Positions 1 to 10,040 of a DNA stretch of 64,000 bases are shown piece after piece (within the stretch, counting starts at the first letter, position 1; each line of letters opens with the position of its first letter). The notes under the pieces are model-generated. The model saw only the letters and a list, made by a program, of their open reading frames with translations. It was not told the origin of the DNA and made no database searches. The DNA is taken from positions 275,449-339,448 of the forward strand of contig CAVZLN010000004.1 in NCBI GenBank assembly GCA_963776245.1. The letters run 5' to 3'. Made by a program: the position numbers and the translations under genes. This stretch comes from Candidatus Eiseniibacteriota bacterium (GTDB lineage Bacteria > Eisenbacteria > RBG-16-71-46).

Positions 1-387
1 AAGACGGACACCGAGAGCGACGGCAAGCTCTATCGCTCGATCAGCGAGGTGAGCGACCTGGTGGGCGTGAAGCCCCACGTGTTGCGCTACTGGGAGACTC
101 AATTCAGCATGCTGCGTCCGCGCAAGAACCGCGCGGGGAACCGGATGTACCGGCCCGAGGAGATCAAGCTCCTGATGCACATCCGGGAGCTGCTCTACGA
201 CCGCCGCTTCACCATCGCGGGTGCCCGCCGCCGGCTGCTCGACCAGCGCAAGGAGCCCGCGGCCCAGCCGCCGCAGGTCGAGATCGGGTTCGCCGACGCG
301 GACCGCCGACTGGCTCTGCACGAGATCAAGAGCGAGCTCCAGCGCATCGCGTCGCGGCTGCGCGAGCGCGAGCCGGTCGGCGCCTGA
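1..387 (+). CDS. MerR family transcriptional regulator (5' end outside window)
   Basis: Frame open from base 1: KLYRSISEVSDLVGVKPHVLRYWETQF...RAGNRMYR is a MerR HTH; position next to tRNA-Pro(GGG) is typical. Confidence 0.9.
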   Translation, partial: KTDTESDGKLYRSISEVSDLVGVKPHVLRYWETQFSMLRPRKNRAGNRMYRPEEIKLLMHIRELLYDRRFTIAGARRRLLDQRKEPAAQPPQVEIGFADADRRLALHEIKSELQRIASRLREREPVGA

Positions 388-431
388 ACCGCAGCGCGAC
401 GACGGCGCCGCGGTCCGATGCCATGGCCGAC

Positions 432-460
432 TTGCAGGATCGGCGCGTGTCGCCTAGATT
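432..460 (+). promoter_or_regulatory. sigma70-type promoter for tRNA-Pro/surE operon
   Basis: TTGCAG-N17-TAGATT, 35 bp upstream of the tRNA. Confidence 0.5.
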
Positions 461-494
461 CCGCGGCGAACCGGGGCCTCGAGTCCCGTCCGGT

Positions 495-571
495 CGGGGC
501 GTAGCGCAGCCCGGTAGCGCACCTGCATGGGGGGCAGGGGGTCGCTGGTTCGAATCCAGTCGCCCCGACCA
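495..571 (+). tRNA. tRNA-Pro (GGG)
   Basis: CGGGGCG acceptor stem, anticodon arm CCTGC-ATGGGGG-GCAGG, GGTTCGAATCC T-loop, encoded CCA. Confidence 0.97.
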
Positions 572-703
572 TTTGCACCCCTTCCCGCGGCCCCTGGCAG
601 CGGCCCCCGCCCGGCATCGATCCCCGTCCGTGGCCGGGCCATGCCCACTCGAGCCCCCGTCCACGCCCGCGCGGGTGACCGGATGCCGGAGCGAGGGAAC
701 CCC

Positions 704-1417
704 GTGAAACGCGTCGCCGCGCTCATCCCGGCCTATCAGGCGGCCGCGCACCTCGGCGAGGTGCTGCTCGGCCTCGCCGCGCTCGTCCCGCCTCCCGAGG
801 TGCTGGTGGTGGACGACGGCTCCCGCGATGCCACCGCCGAGACCGCGCGGCTGTTCGGGGCACGCGTGCTGTCGTTCGCGGGCAATCGCGGCAAGGGCCA
901 CGCGCTGCTCGCCGGGTTCGCAGCCCTGAAGGAATTCGACGGCGTGGTCACGCTCGATGCCGATGGTCAGCACCCGCCCGCATGCGTGCCCGACTTCGTC
1001 GCGGCCTTCGAGGCGGGCGCCGACCTGGTGCTGGGGGTCCGCCGCTTCGAGGGCCGGATGCCGTTCTCGCGCCGGTTCGCGAACGCCGTGTCCTCGGGGT
1101 GGGCGTCCCGTCTCGCGGGCCACACGATCTCGGACAGCCAGTGCGGATACCGGCTCTATTCGCGCGCGGTGCTGGAGCGCACGCCCCTGACACCCGGCGG
1201 CTACGAGCTCGAGTCGGAGATCGTGGTGCGCGCCGCGCGCCTCGGATTCCGGCTCAGCGAGGTCCTCATCCCCACGGTGTACGGGGAGGAGCGGAGCCAC
1301 ATCCGCACGTTCCACGACGTGCCACGCATCGTCGGCACGCTGCTGCGCCTCACCCTGGAGCCGCGCCCGACCCCGGGGCTCGCGCCGGTTTCCGCGCGCG
1401 ACGGGAGCCCGCCATGA
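704..1417 (+). CDS. glycosyltransferase family 2 (DPM1-like)
   Basis: LIPAYQ, VVDDGSRD, NRGKG, LDADGQH, DSQCGYR motifs; GTG start at 704 (ATG 683 is an alternative). Confidence 0.9.
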   Translation: MKRVAALIPAYQAAAHLGEVLLGLAALVPPPEVLVVDDGSRDATAETARLFGARVLSFAGNRGKGHALLAGFAALKEFDGVVTLDADGQHPPACVPDFVAAFEAGADLVLGVRRFEGRMPFSRRFANAVSSGWASRLAGHTISDSQCGYRLYSRAVLERTPLTPGGYELESEIVVRAARLGFRLSEVLIPTVYGEERSHIRTFHDVPRIVGTLLRLTLEPRPTPGLAPVSARDGSPP

Positions 1418-2160
1418 TCATCCTCGTCACCAACGACGACGGGATCCATTCGCCGGCGCTGCTGCCGCTGCGCGCGGTGCTGCGTCCGCTCGGCCGCGTC
1501 GTCATCGTCGCTCCCGACCGCGACCAGAGCGCGACCTCGCACTCGCTCACGCTCCATCGCCCGTTCCGCATCCATCACCACGAGCCGGACATGTACAGCG
1601 TGGACGGCACCCCGACCGACTGCGTGGTGACGGCGTTCTACGGCCTGCTCGACGAACCGCCGGGCATGGTGGTGTCGGGCATCAATCTCGGACCCAACAT
1701 GGGCGAGGACGTCTTCTACTCCGGCACCGTCGCCGCCGCGATCGAGGGCGCGCTCCAGGGGGCGCCCTCGATCGCGGCCTCGCTGGTGACGCGCGGGCCC
1801 GCCGACTTCGCGGAGCCCGCGGAGTTCATCGGGCGGCTCGCCCGCGTGGTCGCGGAGAAGGGGCTGCCGCACCGGCGCCTGCTGAATGTGAATCTCCCGG
1901 CCCGTTCCCACGCCCTCATCGCAGGGGTCCAGGTGACGCGACTGGGCACCCGCCGGTACGCCGACACGCTGATCAGGAAGACCGATCCCCGGGGACGCGA
2001 CTACTACTGGATCGGCGGGGAGGACCCGGTGTGGGAGCCGGTCGAGGGCACCGACTTCCACGCGGTGAACGGCGGCTCGATCTCCGTCACACCGATGCGG
2101 CTCGACCTGAACGACGGCGACGCCTTCGGCGAGCTGCAGAGTTGGGGCCTCATGCCGTGA
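1414..2160 (+). CDS. surE: 5'/3'-nucleotidase SurE
   Basis: ILVTNDDG, DGTPTDCV, VSGINLGPN, YSGTVAAA motifs. Confidence 0.97.
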   Translation: MIILVTNDDGIHSPALLPLRAVLRPLGRVVIVAPDRDQSATSHSLTLHRPFRIHHHEPDMYSVDGTPTDCVVTAFYGLLDEPPGMVVSGINLGPNMGEDVFYSGTVAAAIEGALQGAPSIAASLVTRGPADFAEPAEFIGRLARVVAEKGLPHRRLLNVNLPARSHALIAGVQVTRLGTRRYADTLIRKTDPRGRDYYWIGGEDPVWEPVEGTDFHAVNGGSISVTPMRLDLNDGDAFGELQSWGLMP

Positions 2161-2846
2161 CGCACCCCGCGGGAAGGCAGGACCGCGACCCCTTCGCGAC
2201 CGCGCGACGCCGCATGGTCTCGGAACAACTGGTGGCGCGCGGCATCCGCGATGCCCGCGTGCTCGACGCGATGGCGGAGGTGCCGCGCCACTTGTTCGTC
2301 GAGGCGGGCCTGGCGCCCCGCGCGTACGGGGACCACGCGCTGCCCACTCTCGAGGGCCAGACCGTGTCGCAGCCCTGGATCGTCGCGCGCATGCTCGAGC
2401 TGGCCGAGCTCGAGCCGCACCACCGGGTGCTCGAGATCGGCACCGGGAGCGGTTATCAGACCGCTCTGCTCGCGCGTTTGTGCGAGCGCGTGTTCAGCAT
2501 CGAGCGCGTGCCCTCGCTGCTGAGGGGGGCGCAGCGCCGGCTCGAGGAGTGCGGGGTGAGCAACGCCGCGCTCTGTCTCGGCGACGGCACGCTGGGTTGG
2601 CAGGAGTTCGCACCCTATGCTAGGGTCCTTGTCGCTGCTGCGGCCCCTCATGTCCCGGAAGCCCTGAGGTCCCAGCTCGCGGAGGGAGGGCTCCTCGTCA
2701 TCCCGGTCGGCGGCGCCGCGGTACAGGTCCTCGAGGTCTGGCGCCGGCTGCCGAAGGACCGTTGGGAACATCATCGCCACGGTGAATGCCGTTTCGTGCC
2801 CCTCGTCGGGAAGGATGCCTGGCCGGGCCGGAACGACACTGATTGA
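2157..2846 (+). CDS. pcm: protein-L-isoaspartate O-methyltransferase
   Basis: VPRHLFV, GQTVSQP, VLEIGTGSGYQ, FVPLVG; follows surE. Confidence 0.96.
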   Translation: MTHPAGRQDRDPFATARRRMVSEQLVARGIRDARVLDAMAEVPRHLFVEAGLAPRAYGDHALPTLEGQTVSQPWIVARMLELAELEPHHRVLEIGTGSGYQTALLARLCERVFSIERVPSLLRGAQRRLEECGVSNAALCLGDGTLGWQEFAPYARVLVAAAAPHVPEALRSQLAEGGLLVIPVGGAAVQVLEVWRRLPKDRWEHHRHGECRFVPLVGKDAWPGRNDTD

Positions 2847-2857
2847 GATGTCTGGGT

Positions 2858-2934
<77 letters not shown>

Positions 2935-3012
2935 TCTTTCGCGATCCAACCGTCCGTCCGGCGCGGCCCCCCCGGGCCTGGCGCCGGGAGTGTTCCCTGG
3001 TCGGTCCAGCCC

Positions 3013-3291
3013 ATGCCTCGCCTCCATCTCGTCGTCCATGGCCGCGTCCAGGGTGTGGGATTCCGCGCGTTCGTGATGCGACGCGCGCGCGAGCTCGCGC
3101 TGGTGGGTGAGGTGCGCAACCTGCCGGATGGCGCCGTCGAGGTCGTCGCGGAGGGCGCTCCCGGGCCGCTCGAGGGATTCCTCGGCGCGATGCGTCGCGG
3201 GCCGGCCTCGGCGAGGGTCACCGGCGTCGACGTGTCGTGGAGCGAAGCGGCCGGCCGGTTCGAGGGGTTCGAGATCCGTGGTCAGGGCTAG
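3013..3291 (+). CDS. acyP: acylphosphatase
   Basis: GRVQGVGFR and VRNLPDGAVEV signatures. Confidence 0.95.
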   Translation: MPRLHLVVHGRVQGVGFRAFVMRRARELALVGEVRNLPDGAVEVVAEGAPGPLEGFLGAMRRGPASARVTGVDVSWSEAAGRFEGFEIRGQG

Positions 3292-4360
3292 ACCCGATCC
3301 ACCCGAACGGGTGGTCTATCGCGAGCGGCTCGAGGCCGCGCTCGCCGAAGCGCGCGCGACCGGCCGCCTGCCGGCACGCGACTACGAGTCCCTGCTCGCC
3401 GACCCGGACTGCGACATGGCCGAGTTCGAGCGCTTCCGGGTCGCGGTCCGCCGCGCCGGCATCGCGCTCCCCGACGACGACGCCGACGAGGCCGTGTCGC
3501 CGCGCCCGGAGCGGGGCGAGTCCGAGCTGGACCTGCTGGACCGCTACCTGGGCGAGATCGGACGTTTTCCCCTGCTCGAGCACGCGGACCTGCTCGCGCT
3601 CGCGCGGCGTGCGCGCGCCGGGGACGAGGAGGCGCGCAAGCGCATCATCCTCGCCAACCTCCGTCTCGTCGTGCACATCGCCCGCGCCTACCGCAACCGC
3701 GGCCTGCCGATGCTCGATCTGATCGAGGAGGGCAATCTCGGTCTCATCCAGGCGACCGACCGCTTCGAGCCCGAGCGTGGACTGCGCTTCTCGACCTACG
3801 CCTCGATCTGGATCCGCCAGGCCATCCTGCGCGGCGTCGCCGAGCAGGCGCGGTCGGTGCGCATCCCGGTGCAGATGTTCCAGCAGGTGAACCGCTACGT
3901 GCGCGCCGAACGCTCGCTGCGGGCCGCGCTCGGCCGTGAGCCCACGGCGGAGGAGGTCGGGCGGGAGCTGCACATCACGCCCCTGCGCGCCCGACGGCTG
4001 GCCGGCCTGCTGGCGGGCCTGCGGTCGCTGGACGAGGGCTCGAGCATGGAGGCCTTCGAGCAGCTCACCGCCGAGGACCTCGGCGACGCGCCCGATTCGG
4101 TCGAGCGACTGGTGGAGCTGCAGCTCGAGCACGAGAAGCTCGACCGGCTCCTGCGCTCGCTGAGCGCGCGGGAGGAGCAGCTCCTGCGCATCCGTTTCGG
4201 CTTCTACGATGGCGAGTCCCGCACCCTGGCCCAGACCGGGGAACACTTCGGCATCTCGCGCGAGCGAGCGCGCCAGATCGAAGGGCGGGCGCTCGACAAG
4301 CTCCGGCGCGCCATCGAGCTCCACGCGATGGACCGTCCATCCGGCCCCACCCTCCACTGA
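3278..4360 (+). CDS. RNA polymerase sigma-70 factor, RpoD/RpoS family (RpoS-like by synteny)
   Basis: YLGEIG, NLRLVVHIA, DLIEEGNLGL, RFSTYA, VRIPV, SRERARQIE; start 3278 or 3311. Confidence 0.9.
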   Translation: MVRARPDPPERVVYRERLEAALAEARATGRLPARDYESLLADPDCDMAEFERFRVAVRRAGIALPDDDADEAVSPRPERGESELDLLDRYLGEIGRFPLLEHADLLALARRARAGDEEARKRIILANLRLVVHIARAYRNRGLPMLDLIEEGNLGLIQATDRFEPERGLRFSTYASIWIRQAILRGVAEQARSVRIPVQMFQQVNRYVRAERSLRAALGREPTAEEVGRELHITPLRARRLAGLLAGLRSLDEGSSMEAFEQLTAEDLGDAPDSVERLVELQLEHEKLDRLLRSLSAREEQLLRIRFGFYDGESRTLAQTGEHFGISRERARQIEGRALDKLRRAIELHAMDRPSGPTLH

Positions 4361-4374
4361 ACGACGGGAGAGCC

Positions 4375-4908
4375 ATGTCCGACCTGAGAGGCTTCGTGCG
4401 CGACTACGCGGATTTCCCGAAGAAGGGCATCCTGTTCCGCGACATCTCCCCGTTGCTCGGCGACCCGGGCGCGTTCTCGGCCTGCGTGCACCAGCTGGCG
4501 ACCCGCACGCCCAGGCCCGAGGTGGTGGTGGGGATCGAGTCGCGGGGGTTCCTCTTCGGTTCCGCGCTGGCGCTCCACTGGGGACTGCCGTTCGTGCCGG
4601 CGAGGAAGTTCGGCAAGCTCCCCGGCACCACGGTGCGCCAGCTCTACTCGCTCGAGTACGGCGAGGACACGCTCGAGATACAGGCCGATGCGATCGGGCG
4701 CGGGCGCCGCGTGGTGATCGTCGACGACCTGCTGGCCACGGGCGGCACCGCCAAGGCCGCCACGCTGCTGATCGAACAGCTGGGCGCGAGCGTGCAGGCG
4801 CTGCTGTTCGTCATCGAGCTCGAGGGCCTCGGCGGCCGCGCGGCGCTCAGCCCGCACGCGGTCGAATCGCTGATGCGCTTCGAGGTGTCGAAGCCGGCGG
4901 GCCAGTAG
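4375..4908 (+). CDS. apt: adenine phosphoribosyltransferase
   Basis: DFPKKGILFRDI, GIESRGF, YSLEYG, IVDDLLATGGT. Confidence 0.97.
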   Translation: MSDLRGFVRDYADFPKKGILFRDISPLLGDPGAFSACVHQLATRTPRPEVVVGIESRGFLFGSALALHWGLPFVPARKFGKLPGTTVRQLYSLEYGEDTLEIQADAIGRGRRVVIVDDLLATGGTAKAATLLIEQLGASVQALLFVIELEGLGGRAALSPHAVESLMRFEVSKPAGQ

Positions 4909-4980
4909 GGTGCACGCGGCCGCGCCGCGGGTCCGGCCGCGGCGCTCGCCCCGAGTCCGGGGCGAGCGGCGGCGCGGGGG

Positions 4981-5337
4981 TCACGGCTTCGAGAGGTCCC
5001 GGCGTGAGCTCTCGATGATCACCGCGGCGCTCGAGGCGCCGAGTGTGTACGCAGAGCGGAACTCGCCCTCGACGCCCACGCGCGCACCCTGCCGGGGCGC
5101 GCCGTTCAGCTTGGTCACCACCGTGAGCGCACCGGTGCCGTCGTCCAGCCGGTAGGCCCCGTAGCCGAGGACCCCCATCGAGGCCCCCACGTCGCCGGCG
5201 ACGCGCACCGTCTTGCGGTCGTAGAGGCCGGGATCGTCGAGGAGCGTCTTGATGGAGGTGGTGCCGTACCCTCCCTTGCAGCCCGTGGCGAGCGCCAGTA
5301 GCGAGGCGAGTACCCATATCAGGGCGGTGCGCTTCAT
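4981..5337 (-). CDS. putative lipoprotein, probable OB-fold
   Basis: Signal peptide with LATGC lipobox; VRVAGDV...YRLDDGTG pattern. Confidence 0.7.
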   Translation of the reverse strand: MKRTALIWVLASLLALATGCKGGYGTTSIKTLLDDPGLYDRKTVRVAGDVGASMGVLGYGAYRLDDGTGALTVVTKLNGAPRQGARVGVEGEFRSAYTLGASSAAVIIESSRRDLSKP

Positions 5338-5406
5338 GTCATCTCCGGATCGGGGTGGGGAGTGCGGGAGCGGCGGCGGGAGACCGCCGTGCGGGGTGGC
5401 GCGCGA

Positions 5407-6450
5407 TCACCAGCGCGCGCGAGTGCCTCGCACGTCGACGTGGACGAACGGCCCGTGGGCGCGTGTGGCGCGGTAGGTGCCGATCCCCCCCGTGAGTTCG
5501 GGGTGCTCGCTCTCGATGCGTTCGACGATGCCACGCAGCAGGATCGCGTCGCGCGCGGTCACTCGTCCGTCGCCGTTGAGGTCGTCCATGCGGCCGTCGC
5601 CGTCGGCGTCGATCACGATGTCCGCCGCGTCGCCGTACATGTGGCGGCTGTCGCGCGCGGGCCCGCGGCGCCGTGCGGTAGCCCCGCGCCGGATCGCCGA
5701 GTTGTACTGCGGGCTGCGGAACCCCGACATGATGAGGATCCGCGACGGCATGCCGAGCCGCTCGAGCTCATCGCCCAGCAGCTCGAGTTTGTCGAGCAGC
5801 AGCGGCTGGAGCACCACGTACTTCGGCCACACCGCGGTCTGGTCGTGGGTGAGGAAGTCGCGGAGTCGGAAGCGCTTCGACACTGGCGTGTCCGCGTTCT
5901 CGGACGTGACCTCGATGAAGCCCTCGGGGGGCTGGTAGCGCGATGCCGATGCGCGCCGTTCCTGCGGCCAGCGACCGAGGCGGTACGGACCCATGCGCGG
6001 CCCCACCTTGTCCTGGAACGGGATGAGCGAGAGCAGCCGCAGGGGCTCGCCGTCGGGAGCGCTGAAGGGCAGCTCGAGGGCACCGGGCACGCTGCCGTCG
6101 AGGAACGGGAGCAGGGCGCGCAGCACCGGGAGGCCGAACGCCTGCGCCGGGGTGGTGATGATGGCGCGCAGGTTGCCCGAGAGCCCGAGCCACTGGCTCA
6201 TCAGGTCGCGCGTGCTGTCCGCCGGGCCGGATCCGCGCACGGGCGACTCGACGCCCGCATCGCCGCCGTCGGTGGGCACGGGAGGGACGGAGGCGGGGGC
6301 GTCGGAGGACACCAGCAGGACGGCGAGAACGACCACCGCCGCCCGCAGCATCCGCACCAGGAGGGTCTCACGCGAGAGCATTCCGGGCAGGCTGCCACGG
6401 GGAGGTGGAACAGATGTCAGAATGGGGTCACTTCTCGAGGGCATTCCCAT
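5407..6450 (-). CDS. peptidase M15A (D-Ala-D-Ala carboxypeptidase-like Zn peptidase), exported
   Basis: SGFRSPQYN, SRHMYGDAAD, FVHVDVRG motifs; true start may be downstream. Confidence 0.85.
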   Translation of the reverse strand: MGMPSRSDPILTSVPPPRGSLPGMLSRETLLVRMLRAAVVVLAVLLVSSDAPASVPPVPTDGGDAGVESPVRGSGPADSTRDLMSQWLGLSGNLRAIITTPAQAFGLPVLRALLPFLDGSVPGALELPFSAPDGEPLRLLSLIPFQDKVGPRMGPYRLGRWPQERRASASRYQPPEGFIEVTSENADTPVSKRFRLRDFLTHDQTAVWPKYVVLQPLLLDKLELLGDELERLGMPSRILIMSGFRSPQYNSAIRRGATARRRGPARDSRHMYGDAADIVIDADGDGRMDDLNGDGRVTARDAILLRGIVERIESEHPELTGGIGTYRATRAHGPFVHVDVRGTRARW

Positions 6451-6568
6451 TGTCTTCGGCAGCCCCCGGGGGGCGGCTTGATGGTCATCGCCGGGGGGCT
6501 CCCGACCTCCGGTGAAGTCTCCATCCGCGCGGCGTATCCATTGTGGCGGCTATGGTTGAGCCGACGCC

Positions 6569-6997
6569 TCATGATCCCGCGCGGGGTGCTTCCAGGTTCG
6601 GCTCGAGGAACACCTGGCGACTGCAGGTGGCGCATCGGAGGGCCATGCGCGGGGCGGGCGCGCTCCCGACCGCGAAGTCCTGCGGGGCCCCGCAGCCCGG
6701 GCAGTCCCCGCGCGCCCCGATCACGGTCATGCGTTCGCGGAGGCGCTGGAGCGCCACCAACGGGCCCGCGATCAGGAGACCCGGCACGAGCACGAAGTGG
6801 AGCACCGGCACGAGCACGGTGACGATCGCCAGGCCCCAGCACGCTCCAAGCGTGCGCAGCGCGCGCCCCACCCGCTCGCGCCTGGCGTGGTGCCTCACGC
6901 TCATCACCGCGGCGGTGCTGGGCCTCCCGACGTAGGTCAGGCTAGCGGGCAGCTCGTCGACGGCGGCCACGGGCGGGTTCGGGTCGGGCGGGGTCAT
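6569..6997 (-). CDS. hypothetical membrane protein with C-terminal Zn ribbon
   Basis: Two hydrophobic helices then CPGC...CATC. Confidence 0.65.
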   Translation of the reverse strand: MTPPDPNPPVAAVDELPASLTYVGRPSTAAVMSVRHHARRERVGRALRTLGACWGLAIVTVLVPVLHFVLVPGLLIAGPLVALQRLRERMTVIGARGDCPGCGAPQDFAVGSAPAPRMALRCATCSRQVFLEPNLEAPRAGS

Positions 6998-7164
6998 GCG
7001 ATCTCCTCGGACGTGCTTCCCCGATGCGGCCGGCGGTGCCATGCGGATCACGGCGCCGGCCCAGACCTCTACCGCCGCCGCGGCACGCGAGCAAGTCCGA
7101 CCCCGCTGACGGCCCGTCGGATTCCAGTATCCGTGGTGCTCCGGGTACGGTATCGTCGTTGCCC

Positions 7165-7287
7165 ATGCCGACCCCCAAAGGCGCCAGGATCGGACCGTAC
7201 GATCTCATCGCCCCGCTCGGTTCCGGGGACCTGCGCGAGGTGTTTCGTGCGCGCGATCCACGGCAGCCGCTGAGACCCACTCCATGA
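7165..7287 (+). pseudogene. 40-aa remnant of a Ser/Thr kinase N-terminus
   Basis: GARIGPYDLIAPLGSGDLREVFRARDPR matches [28 protein letters not shown] of the kinase at 40529. Confidence 0.7.
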
Positions 7288-8903
7288 CGCTTCAGCTCAC
7301 CGCCACCGTCGAAGGCCAGCGTCAGACGTGGGCGCTGGACGGGAAGCTGTTGCGCGTCGGGCGGTCGTCGCGCAGCGAGATCCCGCTGCCCGACGCCACC
7401 GTGTCCAAGGAGCACGCCGAGATCCTGCGCGAGGACGACCGCTGGGTCGTGCGCGACCTCGGCAGCCGGAACGGCACGCGCGTGAACGGCGCGGAGGTGC
7501 AGGCGGCGGTCCCGCTGCGCGACGGCGACGTGATCGAGTTCGGCAAGGTCGAGGTCCGGGTCGGCCGCGCGGAGGCGCCGGACCGCACCCGCTTCAGCGA
7601 GTCGCCGGGGCTCGGCTCCTCGATGCGTGCGGGCGCCCGCGACCTGCTCAGCCGGGCCACGGCGCGCGGGACGGAGGCCGCGAGGCTCGTGGGCCTGCTC
7701 GCCGAGGCCGGCCAGATGCTGGTGCTCCCGCGCCCGATCCACGAGACCTGCGAGGAGGTGCTGCGCGTGGTCGAGCGTGCGGTGCCCGCGCGACGCCTGG
7801 TGATCCTGCTGCGGGATGCGCCGGGGGCGGAGCCGGTGCAGATCGCCGTGCGGCACCTCGGGGTGCCCACGCGCGAACCGCTGGCGCTCTCGCGCACCAT
7901 CCTCAACGCGGTGCTCGACGACTGCACGTCCGTCGTCACCCGGGACGCGGCCCAGGATCCGCGTTTCCAGGCGCAGCAGAGCATCGTGGCGCAATCCATC
8001 CGCTCGGCGATGGCGGTCCCGCTGTTCGACAATGAGAAGGTCCTCGGCGCGCTCTACGCCGACACCACCGACCCGCGCGTGCAGTACGGCGACGAGCACC
8101 TCGAGGTGCTCACCGTGCTCGCCAACATGGCGGCGGTGAAGATCACCAACGCGCGCCTGCTCGAGTCGGAAGCCACGCGCCAGCGCATGGCCCAGGAACT
8201 GGCGACCGCCGCGCACATCCAGCGCAGTCTGCTGTCGGAGCCTCCGGCGGTCCCGGGCGTGACGTGCGTGGCGCGGATCGTGACCTGTTACGAGGTCGGA
8301 GGCGACCTCTACGATCTCCACCTGCGACCCGATGGCCGCCTGGTCGTGGTGGTGGGCGACGTCTCGGGCAAGGGGATGGGGGCGGCCCTCCTGATGTCGT
8401 CGACGCTGTCCTCGGCGCGCGTGCTCTACGACAGCTGCCACGATCCGGCCGAACTGGTCACCCGGCTCAACAGCGTGCTCCATCGCTCGACCGACGCCGG
8501 CCGCTTCGTGACCCTGTTCGTGGGCTGCCTCGATCCCGCCACCGGTGTGCTGCACTACTGCAACGCCGGGCACAACCCGCCGCTGATCGTCGGCAGGGGC
8601 GAGATGCGCCCGCTCGACGCGACCGGGATCCCGGTGGCGATGCTGGAGGCGTACCCCTACGCCTCCGCGACCGCGACGCTCGAGCCCGGGGACACGCTCG
8701 CGCTCTACAGCGACGGCATCCCCGAAGCGATGTGCGGACTCGAGTTCTTCGGCGATCCGCGGCTGGCGGACGCGCTGCGCGTGGCGGCGGCGACCCCGGA
8801 GCTCGATCTGGCGGTGCGCTCGGTGCTGGCGGAGGTCGAAGCCTTCGCCGCGGGCACGCCACGCGTGGACGACATCACGCTGGTGCTCGTCCGACGGGGA
8901 TAG
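7284..8903 (+). CDS. FHA-GAF-SpoIIE (PP2C) Ser/Thr phosphatase
   Basis: FHA (VGR, VSKEHA, DLGSRNGT), GAF (SIRSAMAVPL), PP2C (GGDLYD, GDVSGKG, NAGH, SDG, DDITL). Confidence 0.93.
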   Translation: MTLQLTATVEGQRQTWALDGKLLRVGRSSRSEIPLPDATVSKEHAEILREDDRWVVRDLGSRNGTRVNGAEVQAAVPLRDGDVIEFGKVEVRVGRAEAPDRTRFSESPGLGSSMRAGARDLLSRATARGTEAARLVGLLAEAGQMLVLPRPIHETCEEVLRVVERAVPARRLVILLRDAPGAEPVQIAVRHLGVPTREPLALSRTILNAVLDDCTSVVTRDAAQDPRFQAQQSIVAQSIRSAMAVPLFDNEKVLGALYADTTDPRVQYGDEHLEVLTVLANMAAVKITNARLLESEATRQRMAQELATAAHIQRSLLSEPPAVPGVTCVARIVTCYEVGGDLYDLHLRPDGRLVVVVGDVSGKGMGAALLMSSTLSSARVLYDSCHDPAELVTRLNSVLHRSTDAGRFVTLFVGCLDPATGVLHYCNAGHNPPLIVGRGEMRPLDATGIPVAMLEAYPYASATATLEPGDTLALYSDGIPEAMCGLEFFGDPRLADALRVAAATPELDLAVRSVLAEVEAFAAGTPRVDDITLVLVRRG

Positions 8904-8953
8904 GGGACGCGGAACGGCCGGGGCGCGGGTGCGCGCCGGCCGCACCAGCGCAT

Positions 8954-9784
8954 TCAGCGCGCGGTCCGCACCACCCGTGCCTCGCGGCGGCGCACCCAGC
9001 CGTCGAGGGCGCGCACCCAGCCGCGCGGCGCGCGCACCGCGAAGTCCTTCGCGGTCGCCCGCCGGCCCTCCAGCAGGAGCTCCCGGGGCTGGTGATAGGT
9101 GCCGAAGCACCAGTCGGGCACCGGCAGCCCGAAGAACCCCGAGATGGCCTCGTTGCAGCCGATGTTGGCGTGGTGCATGTGATGGAAGCCATAGATCCTC
9201 CGCCACATCGCCCCGGTGCGCGGATGCTCGATGGCGGCCCGCCACCACTCGTACGAGAGATGCTCGACCGCGTGGAGGGTCTCATAGAGGCTCATCGACC
9301 AGGCGATGGCGGCGTACCCACCGATGAGGACCGGCGCGTGCGGGAGCGCCCACTGCAGCGCGACCAGCGCCGGAGTGAAGATCGCCCAGAACACCGCCAG
9401 CGCGTAGACCGGGAACGCGGAGTCGGGGAACTGCTCCGGGCTGGTGATCGGGTACTCGTTCAGCACGAAGCGGTCCGAGCCTTCCGCCACCGTCCGCAGG
9501 CGGATGGCCGTGAGGCTGTGGTGATGGCGATGGGCGCGCGCGAAGTGACGCAGCCACGGCGTGAACACCCCGTGCAACACGTAGCGGTGGAGGAACCACT
9601 CGAAGAAGGCCACCGCGAGGTGCACGCCGAGGAACACCAGCACGAACGCCAGCGGGCCGGCGGCGAGCTGGCGCGCCCATAGCGCCGGAAAGGCGAAGCG
9701 CAGCCCGAGCGCCAGCAGGGTGCACTGGGCCGCCACGAGCAGGCTGAACCGCGTGAAGGAGAAGCGCTGGGGGGCGGTCGGCAT
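8954..9784 (-). CDS. fatty acid hydroxylase/sterol desaturase superfamily membrane protein
   Basis: His boxes HRYVLH, HRHHH, HAVEH, HHMHH with TM helices. Confidence 0.75.
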   Translation of the reverse strand: MPTAPQRFSFTRFSLLVAAQCTLLALGLRFAFPALWARQLAAGPLAFVLVFLGVHLAVAFFEWFLHRYVLHGVFTPWLRHFARAHRHHHSLTAIRLRTVAEGSDRFVLNEYPITSPEQFPDSAFPVYALAVFWAIFTPALVALQWALPHAPVLIGGYAAIAWSMSLYETLHAVEHLSYEWWRAAIEHPRTGAMWRRIYGFHHMHHANIGCNEAISGFFGLPVPDWCFGTYHQPRELLLEGRRATAKDFAVRAPRGWVRALDGWVRRREARVVRTAR

Positions 9785-10040
9785 GGCCGGATCCCTCGGG
9801 TGGCGTGCCGTGGCACGGGAGGAGGCGCCGCGCCTCGACGAAGACCCGCCAGCGAAACCGGTGGCGGGTCGGCACGACTCACTGGGATGTTACGACGGCT
9901 CTGACGAGATTGGACGCGGGCGCGGCGCGCCGGGTTCATCAATTCCAGCCCCGCTCGGGTCCCGGGGCGTCGCCAGGCCGCGGATGGGCCGTCACGGCGG
10001 TGCCGCGACGGCCGGCCACCGGGGCGCGCGCGCGGACGGC

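Noticed and set aside
195..617. ORFs across tRNA-Pro genes (also 2843-3076) and the many Arg/Pro/Gly-rich alternative-frame ORFs
   Set aside because: Overlap tRNAs or well-supported genes; typical GC-rich artefacts.
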